30,697 nucleotides of DNA from an uncultured archaeon (GTDB lineage Archaea; Asgardarchaeota; Thorarchaeia; Thorarchaeales; Thorarchaeaceae), in the NCBI GenBank assembly GCA_964354495.1, contig CAYHAA010000007.1, positions 107,859 to 138,555 on the forward strand, read 5' to 3'. Every line of letters starts with the position of its first letter. Positions within the stretch are counted from its first letter, which is position 1. The position numbers and the translations under genes were made by a program. The notes beneath the pieces are model-generated. The model was given only the letters and a program-made list of their open reading frames with translations. It did not search any database and was not told where the DNA came from. This document shows positions 1 through 7,581 of the stretch, piece after piece.

Positions 1-429
1 CTGGTAGTGCTCCTTGTCCTTCAATCCAACGATCTCAAGGAGTCTATCGGCCCGCCGGTTCAGCTCATCCTCGGGAATGCCATAGAAACCTCCGTAGTAG
101 ATAAGGTTCTCGCGCGCAGTGAGCCTCTCGTAGATGCCTGCCTCCTGTGGTAGTAGACCGACACGTTCCCGCACATAGTCGACATCCTCTGTCACATCCT
201 TTCCCAGAACGAAAGCTCTGCCCTCAGTCGGTGTCAGCAGCCCCACAAGCACTCGGATCAGGGTGGTCTTCCCGGCACCATTGGTTCCCAGGAGTCCGAA
301 GACCTCACCCCGCTTGATCTCGAGGTCTACGTTATCAAGCGCCCTGACCTCACGCTTCTTTCCTTTCTCGAAGATCTTCGTGAGTCCTTCGGTTCGGATG
401 ACAATATCTCCCTCAAACTCCATGGTCAT
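1..429 (-). CDS. ABC transporter ATP-binding protein (runs off the left edge; absent from the ORF track)
   Basis: Manual translation MTMEFEGDIVIRTEGLTKIF...GEVFGLLGTNGAGKTTLIRVL...VGLLPQEAGIYERLTARENL: Walker A GTNGAGKT and Q-loop. ATG at 429 preceded by AAGGAG. Confidence 0.93.
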   Translation of the reverse strand, partial: MTMEFEGDIVIRTEGLTKIFEKGKKREVRALDNVDLEIKRGEVFGLLGTNGAGKTTLIRVLVGLLTPTEGRAFVLGKDVTEDVDYVRERVGLLPQEAGIYERLTARENLIYYGGFYGIPEDELNRRADRLLEIVGLKDKEHYQ

Positions 430-448
430 TCGCTCCTTGTTCGAAAAG

Positions 449-1216
449 TCATTTCACATGGTCGACCTTCGGGAAGGGTGGTTCCCCTTTCAGGTCCTTG
501 AGATACTCATAGGCTTGAGCAACATCCTCATCATCACCCTCGATGAAGAACGTGACAGAGCCCTCTGCACCATTCACTCCGCCCGCTGAGATTGGTATCG
601 CCTCAACCGAGAAGAGCGTCTCAAGTGCCTCGATCTCTGTATATGCTATGCCCTCTGGCACAGCAATTGCACCGACTGGGGTTCCAATCGTATAGTCCCA
701 GTCATCAATCCCGAACAGTCCACCGAACTCATCATAGGATGCTGGAATGCATTTCTCAAGGCCAATCGGCATGACAATGGTGATGTTCTTTGCTGCGGCA
801 GGACCAAGAAAACCGCCCACCGTGCCTGCTGTTGGGCCTGCGAGGAGTACGATAGGAACGAAGTCCGCGTCCAGCGCGTTAGCGCCCTTGATGATCACAT
901 CCTTAGGACCGAGTTTGTCCATAATATCAATGGTCTTCGTGTTCTCGATGTACTCTCCCTTGTAGAAGATGGCATCTGTGAACCTCTTCTTTGCATCTGT
1001 GACTGCAAGACCCTTTGGAACAACAATGCCTGCAACATGTCTGGTCTTATCATACTCTCCCAGTATCTCCTCCACAAGGTATGCAGAGGTTGTTCCCATA
1101 GGTATACAGAGGTACCCGTTCTTGAGAACGTCTTGGATGAGTTCAGTTGCTAAGAGGCCGCGTGCGATGAGCCGCTTTCCCTCCGCTGGTGTCAATGTCA
1201 CTAACAGTTTCTTCAT
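449..1216 (-). CDS. Conserved hypothetical protein (255 aa), possibly NagB/RpiA/CoA-transferase-like fold
   Basis: Host-like codon usage; 6 nt from purB and 19 nt from the ABC gene (operon spacing). Motifs LTPAEGKRLIA, GTTSAY, IKGANALD, PIGLEK resemble an uncharacterised family I recall; fold is inference. Confidence 0.7.
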   Translation of the reverse strand: MKKLLVTLTPAEGKRLIARGLLATELIQDVLKNGYLCIPMGTTSAYLVEEILGEYDKTRHVAGIVVPKGLAVTDAKKRFTDAIFYKGEYIENTKTIDIMDKLGPKDVIIKGANALDADFVPIVLLAGPTAGTVGGFLGPAAAKNITIVMPIGLEKCIPASYDEFGGLFGIDDWDYTIGTPVGAIAVPEGIAYTEIEALETLFSVEAIPISAGGVNGAEGSVTFFIEGDDEDVAQAYEYLKDLKGEPPFPKVDHVK

Positions 1217-1222
1217 GCGTGT

Positions 1223-2578
1223 TCACTCCTGTGTCTTACGGAATTCTTTCTCGGCGTCGCGTACTATGCGTTTCGACACCTCTCTTATGTTGTTATGGTA
1301 TTCGTTGATATCGATCTTGTCCATATCAAGGACTTCAGAGAGCTCTGAGTCCTCTCGAACGGTCTCGAGCAAGCATTTGCCGCTCTCATGGGCGTGCGTG
1401 CTAAGCGTCCTCAGTTTCTGATGAGCCTTGGACCGTTCAAGTCCTGCGGCGGTCAGCAGATTGAGGACGTACTCGCTCAGAATGGACTCTTTAGAGAGGC
1501 CGAGGTTGTTCTCTACTGCATCTATGTGGATCTCAAGTCCATCAATCACTCGTGACAGCTCTCTGACAAGATAGTCTGTAAGAATGAAGGCCTGTGGAAT
1601 AACGAACCGTTCTGTAGAGGAATGCGAGATGTCCCGTTCCTCCCAACTGACAACATCCTCGAGTGCAGGTGGAACAAGGGACCGTATCACTCTGGCGAGA
1701 CCGGATATCTTCTCGCAGGTGACAGGATTCTGCTTGTGGGGCATGGCCGAAGAACCCACCTGCTCACCTCTCGCAAATGGCTCTGAGGTTTCGGCTATCT
1801 CAGTCCTCTGCAGGCTCCGGAGGTCGGTGGCGATCTTATCAATGCTCGATGCCAGATTTGCGAGGGCAGCGATTGCTTCTGCAAGCCGGTCGCGCTGGAT
1901 AATCTGGGTCGTGGCAATCGGCACGTTGAGCCCCAGCTTCTGCAGGACTCGCTTCTGAAGGTCAATACCCGGGGGTCCGAATGCAGCATGACTACCCGTC
2001 GCTCCTGCAATCTTCCCGACGACCGTGCTCTCTCGGGCTGCATGGATGCGTGTCTTGTGCCTGCGCATCTCGTCAAGCCACACTGAGAACCTGATGCCGT
2101 ATGTTATGGGAACCGCATGTTGACCGTGTGACCTTCCCATGGCAATCAAGTCCTGAGTCTCCTTGGCTCTCTTGAGAAGCGATTCGCACAGGCCGTCTAT
2201 CTGCGGGATGAGTACTTCAAATGCAGCCTTCAGCTGGAGACCCAGTGCAGTGTCCTTGATGTCGTTGCTTGTGAGCCCGAAATGGACCCATCTCGCCCCA
2301 GGTCTCTTACACTTCTCTGCAATGGCCTCGAAGAGGGCTACCACATCATGCCGTGTTTCGCTCTCGATCTCCATGGTGCGTTTGAGGGTTACAATCTCTG
2401 GCCTTGCTGTCTTCTTGATATCTTGAGCCGCCTCTGGGGGAATCAGCTTCATCTCAGCCTGAACCTCGGCAACTGCCGCCTCTATCTCCAACCAGAGCGC
2501 GTGACGTCTCTCCTCTTCGAAAACACTCACCATCTCTGGATGGCCATATCTTCCATAATCAATCGGACTGACGGGCAT
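1223..2578 (-). CDS. purB: Adenylosuccinate lyase
   Basis: Fumarase/ASL signature GSSAMPHKQNP, plus TRHDV, HFGLTSND, GRSHGQHA and ERDISHSSTERF. Confidence 0.96.
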   Translation of the reverse strand: MPVSPIDYGRYGHPEMVSVFEEERRHALWLEIEAAVAEVQAEMKLIPPEAAQDIKKTARPEIVTLKRTMEIESETRHDVVALFEAIAEKCKRPGARWVHFGLTSNDIKDTALGLQLKAAFEVLIPQIDGLCESLLKRAKETQDLIAMGRSHGQHAVPITYGIRFSVWLDEMRRHKTRIHAARESTVVGKIAGATGSHAAFGPPGIDLQKRVLQKLGLNVPIATTQIIQRDRLAEAIAALANLASSIDKIATDLRSLQRTEIAETSEPFARGEQVGSSAMPHKQNPVTCEKISGLARVIRSLVPPALEDVVSWEERDISHSSTERFVIPQAFILTDYLVRELSRVIDGLEIHIDAVENNLGLSKESILSEYVLNLLTAAGLERSKAHQKLRTLSTHAHESGKCLLETVREDSELSEVLDMDKIDINEYHNNIREVSKRIVRDAEKEFRKTQE

Positions 2579-2648
2579 GATAGTTCAATCTCATCTCTGT
2601 TTGAATTCTCTCCCTTGATATGGTTTACCTTCGGCGAGCATCAGGCTC

Positions 2649-3650
2649 ATGAAACAGCTTATCAGTACTAAGCACGTTGGAACTGCCATGGACAGCAGGA
2701 CAGTCACAGAGATACTTCGCATTGCCTCAACCATCGACAAGGATGGTTTTGGTGCAGTTGCAGAGGACCTTGCAGGCACCGAGGTTCTTGGCAAGATGTT
2801 CCATGGAGCCACATCTCGGGACGCGCAGATCTGCAACCTGACAACTTCAAGGCTTGGGCTGCGCTCTGTCGACCTCAGTTGGGCCAGTGTTGACGCCACA
2901 GAGTCTGCCTTGCTGTTAGATGAGCTGAGCATGGCAAGTAAGGCGGTCGACCTCCTTGTCACAGCATTCTCCAGCCATGAGACCTTTGGAGATGGCAGGA
3001 AGCTTACAATCAAGTTCCCTGAGTCTTCTGCAGTACCGGTCATCAGCCTACATGATGACTTCTACGACTGGCAGTCTGCTCTCTCGCACCTCCATGGATT
3101 TCAAAGAGAGCTGGGTGACCTTAAGGGAAAGCAGGTTGTGATTGCCTGGGGATTCGGGTCCTCGTTCATCAGTCCTGCCATAGCACACGGGCTCTTGGTC
3201 ACAAGCGCACTGCTAGGCTCAAAGGTCCGTGTAGCGTTTCCCCCTGAGTTCTCGCTTCTGAAACGTGTACTCAAAGAGACCAAGGAAGTCACAGAAGAAA
3301 CAGGCTCTACATTTGAGGAGACCACGGACTTCACGGATGCCTTTCAGGATGCAGATGCAGTGTTCTCCCTCAACTGGCTGAGGCTCGATGACTTCAATCA
3401 TCCGGAGCGAAATACGCAGCATGCAGGCAAGTACAAGGACTGGTATGTGACACAGGACACTCTCTCCAGACAGTGCATCTTTTCGACTGAGCCTCCTCTT
3501 CAACCTGATCTGACGTTCAGCCCTGATCTTCTTGAGGACCAGCGAAACATATCCTCATCCTGGTTGGTTCGTCGGGTCCACGTACTTGCAGCCTCGATTG
3601 TCTATGTTCTGCGTGAGAGCGGGAATGATGGTATCTTTTCTATGGTCTAG
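2649..3650 (+). CDS. Aspartate/ornithine carbamoyltransferase-family protein (YgeW/AOTCase-like) with degenerate catalytic motifs
   Basis: Segments VPVISL, LKGKQVVIAWGF, VRVAFPPEF, AFQDADAVF and RVHVLAAS match the transcarbamylase layout. STRT reads TSRD, HPxQ reads YDWQ and HCLP reads TEPP. Confidence 0.75.
   Translation: MKQLISTKHVGTAMDSRTVTEILRIASTIDKDGFGAVAEDLAGTEVLGKMFHGATSRDAQICNLTTSRLGLRSVDLSWASVDATESALLLDELSMASKAVDLLVTAFSSHETFGDGRKLTIKFPESSAVPVISLHDDFYDWQSALSHLHGFQRELGDLKGKQVVIAWGFGSSFISPAIAHGLLVTSALLGSKVRVAFPPEFSLLKRVLKETKEVTEETGSTFEETTDFTDAFQDADAVFSLNWLRLDDFNHPERNTQHAGKYKDWYVTQDTLSRQCIFSTEPPLQPDLTFSPDLLEDQRNISSSWLVRRVHVLAASIVYVLRESGNDGIFSMV
3514..3650 (+). repeat. Copy A of a 137-bp direct repeat (3' end of the carbamoyltransferase-like gene); copy B at 5411-5547
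   Basis: 3514-3620 vs 5411-5517: 8 mismatches in 107 bp, ungapped; the last 30 bp have 10 mismatches. Confidence 0.95.
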
Positions 3651-3840
3651 CCTCTGATTGTGTCCAGTATGTTGCGGCAGTCAATGGATGCGTTGAAAGA
3701 GTCAGAGCTGTTTCTCTTCTGCTACATTCTTCTAGAGTTACTGAACGGACTCCTGAAGCCCCATCCCCCAAAGGTGTGGAGCCCACTATTGGTTTTCGAG
3801 GTACCACAATCCATCTGTCATTAAGTAGTTGTAGAAACGA

Positions 3841-4060
3841 CTGGCTAATACTTTCATCAAGACTCTTCTACATCTTATCTTCTCCATCGACTCTGTCCCG
3901 GATTTTCATCATTGATTGACCAAATAGAGCGGCTCCAATATGAGCAGTGATAGATGCCGCGAAGGATAAACTTCTCAACTGTGGTGTGAAACTCAGGCCA
4001 TGGTCCTGCCCACCAATTGACTGTTCTTAATAGCTGAACCTCTGAATGTGGAGTGCTAGT
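3841..4060 (-). pseudogene. Decayed fourth hinge/C-terminal cassette fragment
   Basis: Minus-strand translation TSTPHSEVQLLRTVNWWAGPWPEFHTTVEK (WWAGPWP at 3995-4015), frameshift near 3961, then AASITAHIGAALFGQSMMKI (aligns to the AxDLLG block), then an in-frame TAG at 3868-3870. Boundaries approximate. Confidence 0.6.
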
Positions 4061-4089
4061 TCAGCAGAATGCTTCGTATTTGCATCCAT

Positions 4090-4440
4090 CTACCCAGAAT
4101 ATTGATTATATCTAATCGCGCGAAGCTCCCGTAGTTTCGGATAAAATACAGATACAATCGGAATCAGTATTGACAAAAATGACCCTAAGAGGAAGACAAA
4201 CTCTGTGTTGATATCAGGAACAATCATTACTAGTGTACCGAATATCAACCATAGACACCCCGTCACTGCAACACCAACGAATAGAGAAATACCAATCGCT
4301 ATGGAATTATCGACAGCAGGTGTTTTGGACTGTCTAAAATACGCTGATGATTTCCATGCAGCAGATAGCGTCATTACTGCAATAACCAGCCACATACCAA
4401 TGAGGAAGAAGATAGCCTCCATATAGTTAATAGTCTGCAT
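4090..4440 (-). CDS. Small ~3-TM membrane protein, candidate immunity/partner protein of cassette 3
   Basis: 116 aa, three hydrophobic segments, basic loop and tail; GGTGA SD upstream; lies directly downstream of the 4570-5619 ORF. Function inferred from position. Confidence 0.7.
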   Translation of the reverse strand: MQTINYMEAIFFLIGMWLVIAVMTLSAAWKSSAYFRQSKTPAVDNSIAIGISLFVGVAVTGCLWLIFGTLVMIVPDINTEFVFLLGSFLSILIPIVSVFYPKLRELRAIRYNQYSG

Positions 4441-4569
4441 AACTCTTCACCGCGCCAACAGGATGTAGAATCGATTGAAAGAATCATTGCGAGAAACGCC
4501 ATCGAGATTCGAAAAAAGCTTCCTACGAATTCTGTTCTGAATTTCTCTCATTTCGTCTTTCCCTTTCTT

Positions 4570-5619
4570 CTAGATGAGTTCAAGTAGTGTATAAGTGAAA
4601 AACACTGCAGCAGTCAGAAACACCCAGCATACAAGAAGCAATTTGATGCAGAGGAATATTAACGACATATCAGTGAAACCATGTATGAGTCGAGCAAAGA
4701 GTCCCGATGTTTCACTTGCAGCTTTTTCTGCCAACGACAATGCAACTCCAGGTTTTATGAAATCTAGGCACGTAATCGTAAGGAGAAGCCCCAATCCTAT
4801 GACTACGATCATCCAAAATCGATTGAAGGCATTGTCTGTGATTTCGCAGATATTGTTTATAGTAACCGCCATATCAATTACAAAGAGAGCACAATACGCT
4901 ATAATAAGACCTGCCGCAACGGGCCATAGCCCCGGGAATTTCTCACAGGCCATGCAAGCGATTGACGCGCCAACGCCTGTGAGAAAGACAAGATTATGGA
5001 GGAATTGTTCTAAGAACCATTGCTGTACAACGTCCTCTGCTAGAGCATCTAGATATCCCTCATTTTCAAGAGGATCATCAGGAGAGTTAGTTTCGAGTGA
5101 TGCATCTTCCACCTGCGAAAATCCTAGAAGGTCTCTTGCTACCTGATATCTAAATGTAAAGCCCTCGGAAGTTGTCTGTTCAATTCGAACATGTAGTACC
5201 GGCCATGGACCAGTCCACCAACTTTCTACCTCATTCATCAAGTCTTCTGGAGGATTTATCAAACCCATTTGCTGGTACTTGAGAGCTAACTCATCATTAG
5301 AATCAGTTGCAGTTCCATCCTGTCCCTCCGGCTCCGGCACTGACGTGTCCTGGCCAGCATAGAGCCCAATAGCGTGGAGGCGCAGGTCGATGAGGTTGTA
5401 GGAGCTGTACCGTTCAGCCCTGATCTTCTTTAGGACCAGCGAAACATATCCTCCTCCTGGTTGATCCGTCGGGTCTACGTACTTGCAGCCACGATTGTCC
5501 ATGTTCTGCGCGAGAGCAGGACCGCTGGAATTGTTTCTGTCGTCCAGTCTTATTGCACTAGGCAAGAAGGAAGAGAAGAGCCCAGCAGCGATATCTTGGA
5601 TTACCGCAGGAAGCCACAT
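4570..5619 (-). CDS. Orphan C-terminal cassette 3 (hinge plus variant hydrophobic tip); first ~66 codons are not homologous to the large protein and partly derive from an antisense gene fragment
   Basis: From ~5420 reads IRAERYSSYNLIDLRLHAIGLYAGQDTSVPEPE, near-identical to the large protein, then WWTGPWPVLH and YQVARDLLG, then a divergent region with ~4 hydrophobic helices. Confidence 0.85.
   Translation of the reverse strand: MWLPAVIQDIAAGLFSSFLPSAIRLDDRNNSSGPALAQNMDNRGCKYVDPTDQPGGGYVSLVLKKIRAERYSSYNLIDLRLHAIGLYAGQDTSVPEPEGQDGTATDSNDELALKYQQMGLINPPEDLMNEVESWWTGPWPVLHVRIEQTTSEGFTFRYQVARDLLGFSQVEDASLETNSPDDPLENEGYLDALAEDVVQQWFLEQFLHNLVFLTGVGASIACMACEKFPGLWPVAAGLIIAYCALFVIDMAVTINNICEITDNAFNRFWMIVVIGLGLLLTITCLDFIKPGVALSLAEKAASETSGLFARLIHGFTDMSLIFLCIKLLLVCWVFLTAAVFFTYTLLELI
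5314..5420 (-). repeat. Hinge repeat shared with 8294-8400 and 6812-6861
   Basis: 91/107 identical to 8294-8400, ungapped; most differences are synonymous. Confidence 0.95.
5411..5547 (+). pseudogene. Displaced 3' fragment of the carbamoyltransferase-like gene (copy B)
   Basis: Translates FSPDLL*DQRNISSSWLIRRVYVLAATIVHVLRESRTAGIVSVVQ vs FSPDLLEDQRNISSSWLVRRVHVLAASIVYVLRESGNDGIFSMV*; GAG changed to TAG. Confidence 0.92.
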
Positions 5620-5689
5620 GCAAGATAGACGAAGTAGATGAGTTCCACAACGAGCTAGTGACTTTGGTCAAACAGCAGTGACCTAAGGC

Positions 5690-6025
5690 TCAAGTGGACT
5701 CTATCCTAAAGGGAAGCGTGAGAGCCGTAAACAGTACAAGCAACAGCCCCGGCAATGACGCGAGAAATGCAGGAACCAAGAACTCCGGCTCAAAAAACCA
5801 TTCCCACAGGTACCATGAGATAAATGGAAGAGTAAGGAAGAAGCCAAAATACGCTGCTCTTCTTTTCTTTGTTTGTACATGCAGGGCGAATCGCCTACCA
5901 AACCCCTCCGGCTCCCGATGACCAAGTTCATTCATTCTTCGTGAAACTGTATGTCCTCTACATGCATACCCACTTCCTGCCAACATAAGAACTGTACCTA
6001 GCAATATAGCCCAAAGCAATGTCAT
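5690..6025 (-). CDS. Small ~3-TM membrane protein, candidate immunity/partner protein of cassette 2
   Basis: 111 aa: N-terminal hydrophobic helix, Arg/Lys-rich loop, two more hydrophobic segments; GGAG SD; starts 42 nt after the cassette 2 stop. Confidence 0.7.
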   Translation of the reverse strand: MTLLWAILLGTVLMLAGSGYACRGHTVSRRMNELGHREPEGFGRRFALHVQTKKRRAAYFGFFLTLPFISWYLWEWFFEPEFLVPAFLASLPGLLLVLFTALTLPFRIEST

Positions 6026-6067
6026 CTAGTCACGCTCCAAATCCCAGCCCTGATTCAATGTTGAAAG

Positions 6068-7009
6068 TTACCACCATTGTACAGTCATTCCATAATAAGT
6101 TACAATGCACATAGCAATCAGAACTAGCATCGTAAAGAAAACGATGACGTTTGCCCTGCCATGATATCCATCGAGACTATTGAGTCTTGCCCAACCACCA
6201 CTGAAGTAACGATAGGCTTTCAGGAAGCCAAGAGGACTCCAGTGTAGAAACAACACGTTCATAATCCCAATTCCTAAGGCGGTTAGGGCGGCAGTGAGAA
6301 AGGTCCAGCTTGCTTCTGTATTCGACATCTGCATTTGCCGCACAGCGAAAACCATAGACCACATCAACCACATAAAGAAGCTAATGGTAATCAAGCAAGA
6401 AGTAACAATAAGCGCGTTTGACAGCACAACAGGAAGCATGGCCAAGATTTCTAAGATAAGCAGCATTGCCCAGAAAACGACAAGCTGGTATTGTACGACA
6501 TCGTTCCAGAATGAGTTGGCTGAGGTTTTCTCAGCCACAAGCGCGATAAAACCATTCGCTTCATCTTCCGACAAGTCCTCGAAGCCGTCCATCTTGAAGT
6601 CAACGTATTCGATTGAAGCCGAACCAAGCAAATCCGCAGCCATGGCAACTTCGACAGACACCTCACTGGAGAGAGTCCTTTCTAGTATCAAATGCAACAC
6701 AGGCCATGGACCAGTCCATTGCGCAGTCAATGAGTCATTTGCTTCAAGTATCATGTCTTCAGATTCCTGTTCACGCTCTTTTGATAATGACTCTAGCATG
6801 CTATCGCTGGTTCCATCTGCTTCCTCAGGCTCCGGCACTGACGTGTCCTGTCCAGCGTAGAAACAGATGGCACGGATGTGCACGTCCAACAGGGGATTTG
6901 ACCCGTACCGCTGGCCGATGATGACCACGTACTTGACCATCTGGGAGGTTTTTTGGTCAGGTACTTCACATAACTCGCATATTCGATTCTTGTGACTATT
7001 GTGGCTCAT
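6068..7009 (-). CDS. Orphan C-terminal cassette 2 (hinge plus variant hydrophobic tip)
   Basis: VKYVVIIGQRY matches the last strands of the repeat domain, then YAGQDTSVPEPEEADG, WTGPWPVLH and AADLLG, then ~4 divergent hydrophobic helices. No signal peptide. Confidence 0.85.
   Translation of the reverse strand: MSHNSHKNRICELCEVPDQKTSQMVKYVVIIGQRYGSNPLLDVHIRAICFYAGQDTSVPEPEEADGTSDSMLESLSKEREQESEDMILEANDSLTAQWTGPWPVLHLILERTLSSEVSVEVAMAADLLGSASIEYVDFKMDGFEDLSEDEANGFIALVAEKTSANSFWNDVVQYQLVVFWAMLLILEILAMLPVVLSNALIVTSCLITISFFMWLMWSMVFAVRQMQMSNTEASWTFLTAALTALGIGIMNVLFLHWSPLGFLKAYRYFSGGWARLNSLDGYHGRANVIVFFTMLVLIAMCIVTYYGMTVQWW
6812..6861 (-). repeat. Hinge repeat, third copy
   Basis: 43/50 identical to 8294-8343. 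Confidence 0.9.
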
Positions 7010-7581
7010 AAACTGGAAAGCCTCTCCCTAGCAAGTTCACCCAGTTTATCCTCCCGAGAAGAGAAGTATTCAAGGAATCCTCGTTCGGTTGCAGCTGAAC
7101 AATTGGACCCCAAATCATTCACTAGTGCAATTGCCTCCTCCAGGCCCCTCTCCGGAACCTCATCATACTCGGCGTTAGAAGCTGCAACGTGGTAAATCCT
7201 CCTTGCATGTTTCATATCTAATCCTAGCCTCTGGTATCGAAACACGTTAATCAACAATACTCCAATCATGAATAGAAACCCTGGGACCATCCTTTCTATC
7301 ACTGTTGGGAAGACCTCTATCAGGAAGGGGTGTTGACTCTCTTCTGTGAAGAGAGGGAAACCAACAGTGACAAGGATAGCCACGATTTCGTATAGGGCTA
7401 AATTGAGATTAGGGGAAGTAGCAATCCGGGTAAATGCTTCGTAAAGAGATTTCTCTCTCTGAAACCAGACAATTATCTCCATAAACAATAGCACAATGAA
7501 CAGTGTTAATGCTCCGAGTAACAAAGATAGACCAATCATGATTATCACACCATGTCTAGTATCCCTGAATCCAGAACCCAT
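7006..7581 (-). CDS. Membrane protein (~3 TM plus soluble C-terminal tail), candidate cognate immunity/partner of the full-length protein
   Basis: Immediately follows the large gene; real start more likely GTG 7548 or ATG 7539. Hydrophobic N-terminal half and charged helical tail. Confidence 0.75.
   Translation of the reverse strand: MGSGFRDTRHGVIIMIGLSLLLGALTLFIVLLFMEIIVWFQREKSLYEAFTRIATSPNLNLALYEIVAILVTVGFPLFTEESQHPFLIEVFPTVIERMVPGFLFMIGVLLINVFRYQRLGLDMKHARRIYHVAASNAEYDEVPERGLEEAIALVNDLGSNCSAATERGFLEYFSSREDKLGELARERLSSL

Noticed and set aside
2649-3650. Naming the gene argF or pyrB
   Set aside because: Catalytic motifs are absent, so a substrate-specific symbol is unsupported.
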